From Candidatus Latescibacterota bacterium (GTDB lineage: Bacteria; Latescibacterota; UBA2968; UBA8231), in contig CBDCNM010000002.1 in NCBI GenBank assembly GCA_965219385.1, forward strand, positions 2,474,936-2,538,935: a stretch of DNA of 64,000 nt, given 5' to 3'. Positions within the stretch are counted from its first letter, which is position 1, and each line of letters begins with the position of its first letter. The translations under genes were made by a program, and so were the position numbers. A model generated the notes under the pieces. That model was not told the DNA's origin. It saw only the letters and a list, made by a program, of their open reading frames with translations, and did not search any database. Positions 22,437 to 32,756 of this stretch are shown here, piece after piece.

Positions 22437-23333
22437 TTAGGGAATCCCCAGCCGCTCCCGGAAAACCTCGTCGGCGGTGCGTTGCAGGCGCCAGTAGGGC
22501 TCGCGCAAGGTCTCGAGCAACTCTCCGCGACCTCCCTGGGAATCCTCCCAGGCCAAGATCCGGTGGGGATGGATCTTTTCGACCCATACCGTCTTGTGGC
22601 GCCCCTCCAGCTCCCACTTCCAGGGAATCGCCTCTAAAGCCTGTTCTCCAACCGGGATTTGCACTGCATATCCCTTGGACAGCCTGGCTTCTACCAGCTC
22701 CCGGGACGCATGCTGGGCGCGGAGATACCAGAGGCTGGGCAGGAGCATCACCTCTTTCTGCTCCCCTTCCGCCATGATGGGCCCCTTGAGTTCGCGGATG
22801 CGAATCAGGAGGTGGTCCTCGCTCGCGAATTTCCGGGGCAAGGGCAGTTCGTAGGTCTGCCGCCCCTCGCGTTCGAAATAGCTGTTCAGGGTGCCCCGCA
22901 GACGGCCCTGCCGCACCTGCACCTCCTCGAAGACATGGCCACACCACTCCTGGGCACTCAGAGTGATCTTGCTGAGTTCAAAAGGCTTATCACCCTCCTG
23001 GCCCTCCACGGCGCTGAATACCGAAGTCATTACGGAATAGTCGTATATCCCGGTCTTGAATTTGAGCACATTGTTGAGTTTGAGGGTATATATCCGGTCT
23101 TCCCGGGGCGCAGGGGACTCCACCTTGATGAAGGTATTGCGGTTGATGTCCTCGGTGACAAAGACCAGTACAGCATACCCTTCGCGAAGTTCGCCGTAGC
23201 GCGGCTGGAATACCTTGTAGCTGGAAAGCTCGGCCTTGCCATCTGCCCAGTGGGCGTAAAACTCGGGATTTGCGGCGAATCCCACCCCTGTACCCAGAAG
23301 CCACACTGCCATGAGAGCGATGAAGAACATCAT
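22437..23333 (-). CDS. Conserved exported hypothetical protein
   Basis: Signal peptide; W.DGKAELSSY, VFVTED, TGIYDYS and QEWCGH segments. Confidence 0.65.
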   Translation of the reverse strand: MMFFIALMAVWLLGTGVGFAANPEFYAHWADGKAELSSYKVFQPRYGELREGYAVLVFVTEDINRNTFIKVESPAPREDRIYTLKLNNVLKFKTGIYDYSVMTSVFSAVEGQEGDKPFELSKITLSAQEWCGHVFEEVQVRQGRLRGTLNSYFEREGRQTYELPLPRKFASEDHLLIRIRELKGPIMAEGEQKEVMLLPSLWYLRAQHASRELVEARLSKGYAVQIPVGEQALEAIPWKWELEGRHKTVWVEKIHPHRILAWEDSQGGRGELLETLREPYWRLQRTADEVFRERLGIP

Positions 23334-23408
23334 AACCTCCTGATCAATAATCAACCCTGTGTTAAAATATGCTCCCGGCTACAGATCGCAAAAAGGGAGC
23401 ATGCTCCG

Positions 23409-23912
23409 TCAGTAAGTCCCGGCAGGTGGGACCTTCAAGAACCACATCTCGTAGAGTGTAACGCCAATACAAAGCAACATGGTTGCGCCCAACAAGGCTG
23501 AATTGATCGGCGCCAGGATGCCAAATTCGGCCGTCCCATAACGTATCAGCCAGGGTTTGGCAAGGTCGAAGAGGATGTACGCAAAAAAGGAGCTGATTAC
23601 AAAGGTTTTCCACCTCCTGCTCCAGGCGCTGAGAAGAAACAAATGGGCCACCGTCATAAAGATGAGAGGCATGATAAAGAGGTGAAAGTGGGTGGTTTCT
23701 ATCAGTTCGGTGGGTTCCTTGGGAAAGAGCATGCGCTCTTCATTGCCCCGGTAATAACCCGCTCCGCCCTCAGGCGTGAGTCGGGTCTTCTGGTAGGACA
23801 TGAAGATCGACAGGCCCGTGGCGATCAGCATGAACAGCAAAAAAAAAGTCATGATCAACCGGGTATTGAAGTCCATGCGCGCCAGTTGCGAGCGGTTGGT
23901 AAAGTACTTCAT
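23409..23912 (-). CDS. Membrane protein, about 4 TM helices, His-containing
   Basis: Hydrophobic segments; ETTHFHLF...AHLF. Confidence 0.7.
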   Translation of the reverse strand: MKYFTNRSQLARMDFNTRLIMTFFLLFMLIATGLSIFMSYQKTRLTPEGGAGYYRGNEERMLFPKEPTELIETTHFHLFIMPLIFMTVAHLFLLSAWSRRWKTFVISSFFAYILFDLAKPWLIRYGTAEFGILAPINSALLGATMLLCIGVTLYEMWFLKVPPAGTY

Positions 23913-23923
23913 GGTCGCTTTGT

Positions 23924-24505
23924 TTAGGACCCCGATTTCCGGCGGTACAGGGCTTCGGTCAGGAGGAGCGCTTTCTTGACCCCGAAGTTTAAGGCCCGCA
24001 CCGATAAAGTCGCTCCGGTGATGTTGATGATGTCGCGGTTGATGCGGACCGGATCCGCGGATGACTTTTTTCTGTACTGCCGCAGGAAGCGGCTCCGGCG
24101 CACCTCCCCGCCCCGGCTTTCGCGGTAGACCAGCACCGCCACTTCCCTGACCCTGAAATCCGTTCCAATGCCAACCATGAAGGTGATGAGCCGGTACTTG
24201 CCGATTTCCTCTGAAAGGATCGCATAACCGAGCAAACCCTCGTCGGGACCATAGGCAATATAGACCTCCAAGGTATCGCCGTCAAAACCCCGTCCCAGAT
24301 GTTTTTTTATCGCGGCTTTTAGCCCGAGAGAAACGACCTTGATTTCTCGCGCAAAGGCCCGGGCTTGCGGAAAAATCTTCGCCCTGGCCTGCTCGGGCGT
24401 CAGATAGACCTGGATGGAGCCGATTTCCGCCTCGCTCGGGCGCTCTTGAGCCGCCCCCATGCTCCCGCCGCAGACGAAAGCGAATAAACACAGATAAAGC
24501 CACAT
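23924..24505 (-). CDS. Exported FMN-binding domain protein
   Basis: Signal peptide; YRESRGGEV and NITGATLS flavinylation-type motif. Confidence 0.8.
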   Translation of the reverse strand: MWLYLCLFAFVCGGSMGAAQERPSEAEIGSIQVYLTPEQARAKIFPQARAFAREIKVVSLGLKAAIKKHLGRGFDGDTLEVYIAYGPDEGLLGYAILSEEIGKYRLITFMVGIGTDFRVREVAVLVYRESRGGEVRRSRFLRQYRKKSSADPVRINRDIINITGATLSVRALNFGVKKALLLTEALYRRKSGS

Positions 24506-24513
24506 AGATCCAA

Positions 24514-24576
24514 GAAGCCTTTTTAAAATTCCTGGGGCGGCCAGACGAAGCCCGGCGGGGTTTTTAAGAAGGCTCC
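24514..24576. repeat. 63-bp copy of the small TIR element
   Basis: GAAGCCTTTTTAAAATTCC ... GGGGTTTTTAAGAAGGCTCC followed by TAA. Confidence 0.65.
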
Positions 24577-25673
24577 TAAAAGTAAGAGGCTAGAGAAAAA
24601 ATAAAACCATTGCTGTTCTCATCGCGGTCGTAAACCTCGTAGTCCAGCTTTAGAGCAGTCTCTTCCTCGGGCCGGAAATTCAAGCCAAAGGTGTAGCGCG
24701 TCTCATCGCTGGTATCGAGGTCGATGAAATCGTAGCGCAAGGTAGCCGTGAAAATGGAATTGGGAAACTGCTCCAGAACTCCGGGCAGGAAGTGGTAGCC
24801 GACCTGGGCGTAGTACCCGGAGCGGTTATCGTTCGGCACCCCACCGACCGTGGCCTGGGCAAACTCCCCCTTCAGGTCAAACGGACCGCGGTTGTAGCTC
24901 CCGTCCAGGGCCAGTATTGTGAGGTTCTCCTCTTCGGCGTCATCGTAGGCTCCCCAGTGGAACGAGGCGCCTAGGTCCAGCCCCAGGAAGGGGCTGTAGT
25001 TGAGCCGGCCGACCAGGGACTTGCCCTCGTTGTTGTCGCTTTTGTGACTGCCCCGCCCTGAACGCGTACCGACCGCAGCCTTCTCGTTAAATCCGTTTAC
25101 CAGGTAGATTTCGTATCCCAGAAGAGCGGCTTCACTCGGGTAGAGGATGCCAAAAAACCCCATGCCTGCTTCGCTGAGGGTAGTGGGTATGATTTGCCTG
25201 TTGACCAGCGGGCGGTTGGTCAAGTCGTTGAGCGGACTGTCGTGGATGAGGTTGAACAAACCCAGGGGCGCAAGAACCACCCCACCCCGATAATTAAAGG
25301 CTTCGCTGAAGCTGATGTCCAGGGTGGCGAATTCGAGCTTGATCTCTCCGTCGGTATCGCCCTTACCCTTCACCAGACCGCCGTGTTCGAACTCAATCTC
25401 GGCCATGACGTGAATGCGGTCGCTGACAGCGCCGTGAATAAAGGGAATAAAGCGGTGCTGGTCAAAGGTCTTTTTCTTTTTATTCCAGAACAGCTCGTGG
25501 TCTATGTACCCGCCAATAAAGGTCCCGCGCCCGGCCCGCTTGATATGGGGCTTGTCGTATACCCCACCGGGCACCACCGGTCTTTCCTTCCCCTCAGCGA
25601 AGTTGTCCAGCCCTCCACCCAGCAGCACTGTGGCGACAATAATACGAGACAACAAACGAGCGGTAGTTTTCAT
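24576..25673 (-). CDS. Outer-membrane beta-barrel/porin
   Basis: Signal peptide, alternating beta strands, EIEFEHGG, C-terminal ASYF. Confidence 0.8.
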   Translation of the reverse strand: MKTTARLLSRIIVATVLLGGGLDNFAEGKERPVVPGGVYDKPHIKRAGRGTFIGGYIDHELFWNKKKKTFDQHRFIPFIHGAVSDRIHVMAEIEFEHGGLVKGKGDTDGEIKLEFATLDISFSEAFNYRGGVVLAPLGLFNLIHDSPLNDLTNRPLVNRQIIPTTLSEAGMGFFGILYPSEAALLGYEIYLVNGFNEKAAVGTRSGRGSHKSDNNEGKSLVGRLNYSPFLGLDLGASFHWGAYDDAEEENLTILALDGSYNRGPFDLKGEFAQATVGGVPNDNRSGYYAQVGYHFLPGVLEQFPNSIFTATLRYDFIDLDTSDETRYTFGLNFRPEEETALKLDYEVYDRDENSNGFIFSLASYF

Positions 25674-26102
25674 CGAATCTCCCTCCTTGATTAAGGCGAT
25701 ATCACCTGTCGCAACAGGCTTTTGAGAATATCCCACCTTGTTCCACCAGCCGTCAAAGTGGGACAGGAGTGCTATCCTTGTATGTCACACTTATCGTATG
25801 TTCTCTATGGTAAACTATAAATTGCCTTACTATTCTTTTGTTTGCTATATCAAACTACAAGATGATAAAATAAACTGTATTTTATCGCCTGTCAACCCTT
25901 TTTTCGAGGGTATTTACCTTAACGTAAAGATAAATTAGCAATGGAGTTAGACTATTTTCTTCTTGATTTTTCCCCCGCCCGGAGCTACTATTGATCTCAG
26001 TAAACCTTTTGTACCTGGCAAATGTTTCGGGTCCAGACTGAATGGGCAAACCATTGTATAAAGATTAAAAAATTATTGACTTGGTGGAATAAACCTCTAT
26101 AT

Positions 26103-26160
26103 TTTAGGTAGGTCAATCGTTTGTTAGGTGAGCCAAACATAAATTTGACAGACCTAACCT
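26103..26160. promoter_or_regulatory. Three DtxR/IdeR/MntR-like operator boxes upstream of feoA
   Basis: TTAGGTAGGTCAA, TTAGGTGAGCCAAA and TTGACAGACCTAA at about 20-bp spacing. Confidence 0.55.
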
Positions 26161-26197
26161 TGAATAGCCAACCCGGCAAGAGCCGCAGCAAATATTT

Positions 26198-26485
26198 TTG
26201 GTGCAAATTTTGATCCACTCATCCACAGACCCCCTGCCCACCTTGCGCCCGGGCGAAGAGGGCGTGATTACCCAGGTTCTCGGCTCCCCACTGCTGGTCT
26301 CCCGCCTGCGGGAACTCGGGGTAATTCCCGGGAGTCTGATTCGGTTGCTACGCAGCGGCTGTCCACTGGTCATCCAGGTGGGCGAAGGCCGCTTCTGCCT
26401 CAGAAGACAGGACGCCGTCGCCATCCAGGTGAGCCCGTCCAATCTTCCTATTCCAGTTCCTTCTTCGGACCACACCTTGCAGTAG
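26198..26485 (+). CDS. feoA: Ferrous iron transport protein A
   Basis: RLRELGVIPG and FCLRRQDA; lies upstream of feoB. Confidence 0.85.
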   Translation: MVQILIHSSTDPLPTLRPGEEGVITQVLGSPLLVSRLRELGVIPGSLIRLLRSGCPLVIQVGEGRFCLRRQDAVAIQVSPSNLPIPVPSSDHTLQ

Positions 26486-26531
26486 TGAACCTGGCCTGCT
26501 TCCACCCGGGTCCGGGCCCATTCCCCAAGAC

Positions 26532-28754
26532 ATGCCCGCGACAATCTCCCAACCCACAATCCTCAAGACCATCGCCCTGATCGGCAATCCCAACACCGGG
26601 AAAACAACCCTCTTCAACATCCTCACCGGCCTCTCCCAACAGGTGGGCAACTACCCTGGAGTAACGGTTGAGCGCAAGACCGGCAGGCTCGACCTGAAGG
26701 ACGGGCAGGCCATTGACCTGCTGGATCTGCCCGGAACCTACAGCCTGGCCGCACACTCCCCGGACCAGATGGTTGCCGTGGATGTGCTGCTGGGCAAACA
26801 GGAAGGGGTAGCCCCGCTAGATGCGATGATCGCCATTGTCGATGCCACCAACCTGCATCGCAACCTCTACCTGGTCTCCCAGCTCATCGAAACAGGCCTG
26901 CCCCTCATCATCGCCCTGAATATGTCCGACCTGGCCCGGACGCGCGGCATTCTCATAAACGCCCAGGCGCTCTCAGAACGCCTGGGCATACCCGTCATTC
27001 CCGTCTCCGCCCACCGCCGGGAGGGCATAGAGGATCTGCGCCAGGCCATCGCCGCTGTAGTCAAGGGGGAAAGACCTGCGGTAGCGCATCATCGGCCCTG
27101 CTTTCCCGAACCTCTGAGACAACAAATGGAAGAACTGTCCGCCTGCTCGGCCTCCCCCCCCGGGGATACCGATCGCGGTCTTTCACCCGTCGAAACCTTT
27201 CGTCTCCTGGTCGACCAGGACGGATATGTGGAAAAGCGCCTAGTGGAAACTCTGGGGGACGACTTCGCCCGCCAGCTCGAAAAAGCGCGTCGCGCCATTG
27301 ACGTCTCCACTCCACTCTCGGTCCTGGAGTCCGAAACCCGCTACACCTGGATCAACCAACTCCTGCAAGACTGTGTGCAACAGCCCGCCCAACTCCTGAC
27401 GCGTCGTTCCGACCACATTGACCGCGTGCTCACCCATAAGCTTTTCGGCTTCCTGGTATCCATCGCGGTGAGTGCCTTGGTCTTCCAGGCAATCTACAAA
27501 TGGGCCGCACCCTTGATGGATTGGATCGACGGCGCTTTTGGCTTTCTGGGGGGCTGGATCGGCAGCGTCCTGCCCGCAGGCGCTCTCCAGAGTCTGCTGG
27601 TGGACGGGGTTGTTGCCGGGGTCGGCGGCGTGCTGATCTTCCTGCCGCAGATCGCCATCCTGTTCCTGTTCATCTCCCTTCTCGAAGACTGTGGATACAT
27701 GGCCCGCGCCGCCCTGCTGATGGATCGATTGCTGACCCGCTGCGGACTTTCGGGCAAGTCCTTCATCCCGTTGCTTTCCAGCTTTGCCTGTGCGGTTCCC
27801 GCCATCATGGCAGCCCGCACCATCGAGGACCGCCGCGACCGCTTCACCACCATTCTGGTGGCTCCGCTGATGAGTTGTTCGGCGCGCTTGCCCGTGTACA
27901 TCATCTTTATCGCCGCTTTCATCCCCGATCGCCCTTTGTTGGGCACCTTTTTCGGGCTCCAGGGGTTCACTCTCCTCGCCATGTACAGCATCGGCGTCCT
28001 CGTGGCCATCCCCATGGCCTGGCTCCTCAAGAAGACCCTGCTCAAAGGCGAGCCTCCGCCCTTTCTGCTGGAGCTACCCTCGTACAAATGGCCCGACCCA
28101 CAGACCGTATTCCTCAGGGTCTACCACAACAGCAAGGCCTTTGTCGTGCGCGCCGGCAGTATCATCCTGGCCACCACCATTGTCATGTGGGCCCTGGCCT
28201 ATTTTCCGCGCCCGAGCGCGACCCTCGAAAGCTATGCCCAGGAACGGAGCCGAATCCTCACTACAGCCCCTGCCGAGATCCGCGAGCAAACCCTGGTCGC
28301 CCTCGACCAGGCCGAGGCCGCCGAGCTTTTGCAACACAGCTTTCTGGGGCAGGCCGGCCAGCTGATCGAACCTGTGGTGCGCCCCTTGGGATGGGACTGG
28401 CGGATCGGCATGGCTACCCTGGCCTCCTTTCCGGCCCGGGAGGTGATCATCTCGGTGCTGGGAACCATTTACAGCCTGGGGGGCGAGCACGATGAGGCCT
28501 CGGAAGACCTGCGGGACGCCCTGCAGGCGGCGGTTCGGCCAGACGGCACCCGCATCTTCACCATTCCCGCAGTCCTGTCGATCATGGTCTTTTTTGCACT
28601 GTGTGCCCAGTGCATGTCCACTCTGGCCGTCATCCAGCGCGAGACCCAATCGTGGGGCTGGGCCGGATTTACCTTCGCCTACATGACCTTGCTGGCCTAT
28701 GTCGGGGCGTACCTCACCTATCAGGTGACGACATTCCTGGGATGGGGGGGGTAA
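26532..28754 (+). CDS. feoB: Ferrous iron transport protein B
   Basis: GNPNTGKTT, GNYPGVTVE, DLPGTYSL, LEDCGYMAR, MSCSARLPVY. Confidence 0.96.
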   Translation: MPATISQPTILKTIALIGNPNTGKTTLFNILTGLSQQVGNYPGVTVERKTGRLDLKDGQAIDLLDLPGTYSLAAHSPDQMVAVDVLLGKQEGVAPLDAMIAIVDATNLHRNLYLVSQLIETGLPLIIALNMSDLARTRGILINAQALSERLGIPVIPVSAHRREGIEDLRQAIAAVVKGERPAVAHHRPCFPEPLRQQMEELSACSASPPGDTDRGLSPVETFRLLVDQDGYVEKRLVETLGDDFARQLEKARRAIDVSTPLSVLESETRYTWINQLLQDCVQQPAQLLTRRSDHIDRVLTHKLFGFLVSIAVSALVFQAIYKWAAPLMDWIDGAFGFLGGWIGSVLPAGALQSLLVDGVVAGVGGVLIFLPQIAILFLFISLLEDCGYMARAALLMDRLLTRCGLSGKSFIPLLSSFACAVPAIMAARTIEDRRDRFTTILVAPLMSCSARLPVYIIFIAAFIPDRPLLGTFFGLQGFTLLAMYSIGVLVAIPMAWLLKKTLLKGEPPPFLLELPSYKWPDPQTVFLRVYHNSKAFVVRAGSIILATTIVMWALAYFPRPSATLESYAQERSRILTTAPAEIREQTLVALDQAEAAELLQHSFLGQAGQLIEPVVRPLGWDWRIGMATLASFPAREVIISVLGTIYSLGGEHDEASEDLRDALQAAVRPDGTRIFTIPAVLSIMVFFALCAQCMSTLAVIQRETQSWGWAGFTFAYMTLLAYVGAYLTYQVTTFLGWGG

Positions 28755-28756
28755 AA

Positions 28757-28918
28757 ATGGACTGGCAAACCCTTGCGGCTATCGGCCTGGTCCTTTTAAG
28801 TGGAGTGTGGATGGCCTGGCATTTTGTCCGGCCCTTCTGCGCCCGGCGCTGCGGCGGAGAGCCCGATGACGACCTGCTCCAGATCGCCCCGGTGGACGAG
28901 GGCCCTTCCCTCAATTAG
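28757..28918 (+). CDS. Small FeoB-associated membrane protein
   Basis: 53 aa, one TM helix followed by CxxxC, starts 2 bp after feoB. Confidence 0.55.
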   Translation: MDWQTLAAIGLVLLSGVWMAWHFVRPFCARRCGGEPDDDLLQIAPVDEGPSLN

Positions 28919-28994
28919 AATCCACTGCCTCCTCCTTCGATGTCCTAATTTTTAACACTCAAACTCACTCTACCCAACCATAGGAGGGATCTCT

Positions 28995-29365
28995 GTGGAA
29001 CATACGAGAAATATTAACACCAGGAAGTCTGCTGCTAACATTCTTACCAGTGAACTCAGAAAACGCAAATCGACTATTGTCTCAGTCGTTTTTTTATGCT
29101 CTTAGGCTCAGGGGTTACACTCATCCACCCCCTGTTTTTCAAGATGCTATTTGATATGGCAATTCCTCAAAAAGATACCTCTTTGGTGTGGTGGTTATTG
29201 CTGGGAATGGTGGTAACTCCTCTGGTGGCTATCGGAATGAATTATCTTCAGACATTTGCGAGTGCGCATCGATGAATCCGTCGCTCTCTCGCTCAGGAAA
29301 GAGGCATTTAACCACTTGATACATGCCAAAGTTGATGAAGTCGAACTCATTCCTACGCAGAGAGG
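28995..29365 (+). pseudogene. Frameshifted N-terminal remnant of an ABC exporter transmembrane domain
   Basis: AGGAGG RBS then GTG; reading across two frameshifts gives LIHPLFFKMLFDMAIPQKD...LRKEAFNHL. Confidence 0.55.
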
Positions 29366-29430
29366 GGTTGATCAACGCCCTGAGACAGCCTTCTTGAATA
29401 GTCTTCTCACGTACGGAACGGTATTGACCT

Positions 29431-30213
29431 ATGACTGAATTGGCCATAGAGACCAGGAGCTTGACCAAACACTTCGGAGGCGCCGCGGCCGTAGACGGTG
29501 TCGATTTGTCGATTGAGATCGGGACGATCTATGGACTCGTGGGCCCCAATGGAGCCGGCAAGACCACTACTGTAAACATGCTGACCGGGTTGCTGGAGCC
29601 GAGTTCGGGGACGATGCGGATTCTCGGCGAGGAACTGGGCCGCGATTCCGTAGGGCTGAAGCAACGCTTGGGAGTTATGCCCGATGACCTCGGCCTGTAT
29701 GAGCCTCTGACGGGCGAGGAATACCTGTCTTTAGTTGGATATATCTATGGTCTCAGTAAAAAGGATGTGAAAGAGCGTATGGCCCAGTTGTTCGAGTTTA
29801 TGGAGATCGCACCGGCCCGCAAAAGACCCATCCACCAGTATTCACATGGGATGAAGAAGAAATTGGCGCTAGCCGGTATTCTGCTGCACGAACCGGACGT
29901 CATCTTTCTCGATGAGCCCTTCGAGAACCTCGATCCCAGGGCGGCGAAGTACACTCAGGACGCGCTCAGGCAACTGGCTGGCAGGGGCTCGACGATTGTC
30001 TTGACCTCCCACATACTGGGTTTGGTGGAGAAGTTCTGCAGCGACGTCGCGTTGATGGCAGGAGGGAAGATCGTCTTTTCTTCGCCGACGGACCAGATCA
30101 GGACGAAAGTGAAGAACGAGCTGTCCCAGGAAACCTATGCGGATCTGGAAGATGTATTTCTATCCCTTACCATCGACGGGAAGGACGCAGCACCGAAACT
30201 TTCGTGGTTATAG
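29431..30213 (+). CDS. ABC transporter ATP-binding protein with no adjacent permease
   Basis: GPNGAGKTT, YSHGMKKK, FLDEP, TSH. Confidence 0.9.
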   Translation: MTELAIETRSLTKHFGGAAAVDGVDLSIEIGTIYGLVGPNGAGKTTTVNMLTGLLEPSSGTMRILGEELGRDSVGLKQRLGVMPDDLGLYEPLTGEEYLSLVGYIYGLSKKDVKERMAQLFEFMEIAPARKRPIHQYSHGMKKKLALAGILLHEPDVIFLDEPFENLDPRAAKYTQDALRQLAGRGSTIVLTSHILGLVEKFCSDVALMAGGKIVFSSPTDQIRTKVKNELSQETYADLEDVFLSLTIDGKDAAPKLSWL

Positions 30214-30269
30214 GTTCTACAATGAAAATAGAAGACATTAAAAAGCATGATATTTTTCAACTTTCGTTC

Positions 30270-30530
30270 CGTCAATATGAAAAAGCCGGCCTGTAGCCTG
30301 TCGGGCCCGGCCAACGTCGAAAGTCCGTATCGTCGCCGGCAGTGTTTTTTCAGCAGCCCGCAGTCGCCGGCGGTGTTTACCCGGTTGATCGTAGCCAAAC
30401 CAGTTCGACCGGGCCAACAATTGCTGCTGGTCCTGGATCGCCCCCATTGGCGGTTCGGCCGAACCGATCTGAATCTCTTGGGTTTAGGGCTGGTCTACCA
30501 AGGCGTTTCTATTCCTTTTCTTCGAGTTGG
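30270..30530 (+). pseudogene. IS4-family transposase fragment
   Basis: SPYRRRQCFF and LVLDRPHWRFGRTDLNLL.LGLVYQGVSIP resemble the IS4 N-terminal DDE region. Confidence 0.65.
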
Positions 30531-30608
30531 TATATCAATTCGGGCACTTCCTTGCCGCATAAAGGGCATGTTAAGTACTTTTGAACCTTCGTTGAAGAAG
30601 AAGAGAAA

Positions 30609-31724
30609 TCAATAAACGCGGATGAAGCGCTTGCCCGGCAGCTGCTCTACCAGACCGGTCAGTTCCAATTCCAGCAGAGTGCCCAGGACCTCGGCCGTTT
30701 CCAGGTCTACCTCCTGGGAGAGCCGATCGATATGGCAGGGCTCGGTATCGAGCCGTTCCAGGATCACCTGCTCGCGGGAGGAAAGCACTGCAGTCGGCTC
30801 TGATACAGCCGCAACCTCGGGCTCCACCTCGCGCTGATCGCCCAGACCCCAGTGCTGCAACTCTTCCACCACGTCTTCCACCCCCTCTACCAGTATGGCC
30901 CCATCCCGGATCAGCTGGTGACACCCGGCGCTCTTATGGGTGCGAACATCGCCGGGCACGGCAAAGACCTCGCGGTTTTGCTCGCGGGCGTAGCGCGCAG
31001 TGATCAGGGCGCCGCTACGCGCCGGCGCTTCCACCAGGACCACCCCCAGACTGAGTCCGCTGATCAGGCGGTTGCGGCGGGGAAACCAGCCCTTGTCGGG
31101 AGGACTGCCCATGGGGAACTCGGAAAAAACGGCCCCCTGCTGCTGGATGCGCATGTATAGATTTGAATTCTCATGGGGATAGGCCACATCCACCCCGCAA
31201 CCCAGCACCGCAAGGGTCCGCCCCCCGGCTTCGAGGGCGCCCTGGTGGGCGGCGGCATCAATACCCCGGGCCATGCCGCTGACCACGCAAAACCCGCGCA
31301 CGGCCAGGGCCCTCCCCAGCTGGCGAGCTACTGCACAACCGTAGTCCGTGGGGTTCCGCGTGCCCACGATGGCCACGGCGGCCGTGGTCAGCCGGGTTTC
31401 TCCCAGGACATGGAGTACGGCCGGAGGATGGGGGGTTTCCAAAAGCAGCGGGGGAAAGTCCGGATGGCTTATGGGAATCAGGTGCCCTCCGCGCTGCTCC
31501 AGGCTTTTCAATTGGTCCGCAGCCCAGCCCCGGTCCAACTCTTGGGCCCGGGCCTGCCCGGCCACGACCGGCCCGACGATTTCTTCCCAGGCACCGACAG
31601 AAGCTTGCAGGGCCGCGGCAGCCGAGCCAAAGTGCTCGGTCAAACGCAGACACCGCTTGCCTCCCAGCTGGGGCAGCCGATTCAGTGCCAGCCAGGCAAT
31701 GGACTCTGTAGTCATATCCATCAC
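30609..31724 (-). CDS. dprA: DNA-processing protein DprA
   Basis: AIVGTR, VSGMARGIDAAAH, FPRRNRLISGLS, SGALITA; C-terminal wHTH. Confidence 0.96.
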   Translation of the reverse strand: MMDMTTESIAWLALNRLPQLGGKRCLRLTEHFGSAAAALQASVGAWEEIVGPVVAGQARAQELDRGWAADQLKSLEQRGGHLIPISHPDFPPLLLETPHPPAVLHVLGETRLTTAAVAIVGTRNPTDYGCAVARQLGRALAVRGFCVVSGMARGIDAAAHQGALEAGGRTLAVLGCGVDVAYPHENSNLYMRIQQQGAVFSEFPMGSPPDKGWFPRRNRLISGLSLGVVLVEAPARSGALITARYAREQNREVFAVPGDVRTHKSAGCHQLIRDGAILVEGVEDVVEELQHWGLGDQREVEPEVAAVSEPTAVLSSREQVILERLDTEPCHIDRLSQEVDLETAEVLGTLLELELTGLVEQLPGKRFIRVY

Positions 31725-32740
31725 TTTACACCCTCTCCCACCAGATCCCGGGTTTCCTCGGCCCGCAATTGCACGAGTCCGGCTCCCAGGGCCGTGACCA
31801 TCTCGCTCAAGCCCCGACCGCTCGCGGCGGAAATCAGGAAACGGCCCCCCGCCCGATCCGCGAAGGGATCAGCAAAATTCAGGTCCGGGCCCAGCAGATC
31901 GGCCTTGGTAAAGGCGATCGCATATGGTTTGTCCAGCAACAACGGATTAAACCGTCCCAACTCGCTGTGCAGGGTCTCGAAGTCCTGGCACAGGGAATCA
32001 CTGGTGCAATCGAGGACGAAAAGCAAGCTGCGGGTGCGCTCAATATGGCGCAGGAAGCGCACCCCCAGCCCCTTGCCTTCACAGGCGCCTTGGATCAGCC
32101 CGGGTAGATCGGCCATCACCAAGCTGTCGTACTCGCCCCATCCGACAAGTCCCAGGTTGGGCTGCAGGGTGGTGAAGGGATAATCCGCGATCTTGGGATG
32201 GGCGGACGAAAGCCGCGCCAGCAGGGTGGATTTGCCGGCATTGGGGAAACCCACCAGACCGATGTCGGCCAGTAGTTTCAACTCCAGCTTCACCACCGCC
32301 CGCTGGCCGGACCCGCCGGGCTCGGCACGCCTCGGGGCCTGCACCCTGGAGGTGGCAAAGCGGGCATTGCCCCGGCCTCCACGCCCCCCCTTGAGGAAAA
32401 GGAACTCCTGGCCGTCCTCGACCAGATCCACGATCACTTCTCCTCCCTCGGCTCGGACCAGGGTTCCAGGCGGCACCCGAACAACGGCGTCCTCGCCCCG
32501 GGCGCCGGTCATGTCCTTGCCCTTGCCGTGCATGCCCCGACCCGCACGGATCCGGGAGCGATAGCGGAAGTCCAGCAAGGTGGACAGACGCGCGTCGGTC
32601 GCAAAGAGCACGCTGCCCCCATCCCCACCGTCGCCGCCGTCCGGTCCACCGCGCGGCACGTACTTCTCCCGGCGAAAGCTGATGCCGCCGTCGCCGCCGT
32701 CGCCCGACTCCACCGTCACACTCACTTCGTCTATGAACAC
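31721..32740 (-). CDS. obgE: GTPase ObgE
   Basis: FRREKYVPRGGPDGGDGG, GFPNAGKST, DYPFTTL. Confidence 0.97.
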   Translation of the reverse strand: MFIDEVSVTVESGDGGDGGISFRREKYVPRGGPDGGDGGDGGSVLFATDARLSTLLDFRYRSRIRAGRGMHGKGKDMTGARGEDAVVRVPPGTLVRAEGGEVIVDLVEDGQEFLFLKGGRGGRGNARFATSRVQAPRRAEPGGSGQRAVVKLELKLLADIGLVGFPNAGKSTLLARLSSAHPKIADYPFTTLQPNLGLVGWGEYDSLVMADLPGLIQGACEGKGLGVRFLRHIERTRSLLFVLDCTSDSLCQDFETLHSELGRFNPLLLDKPYAIAFTKADLLGPDLNFADPFADRAGGRFLISAASGRGLSEMVTALGAGLVQLRAEETRDLVGEGVK

Positions 32741-32756
32741 GGAATACCCGCTCCGC

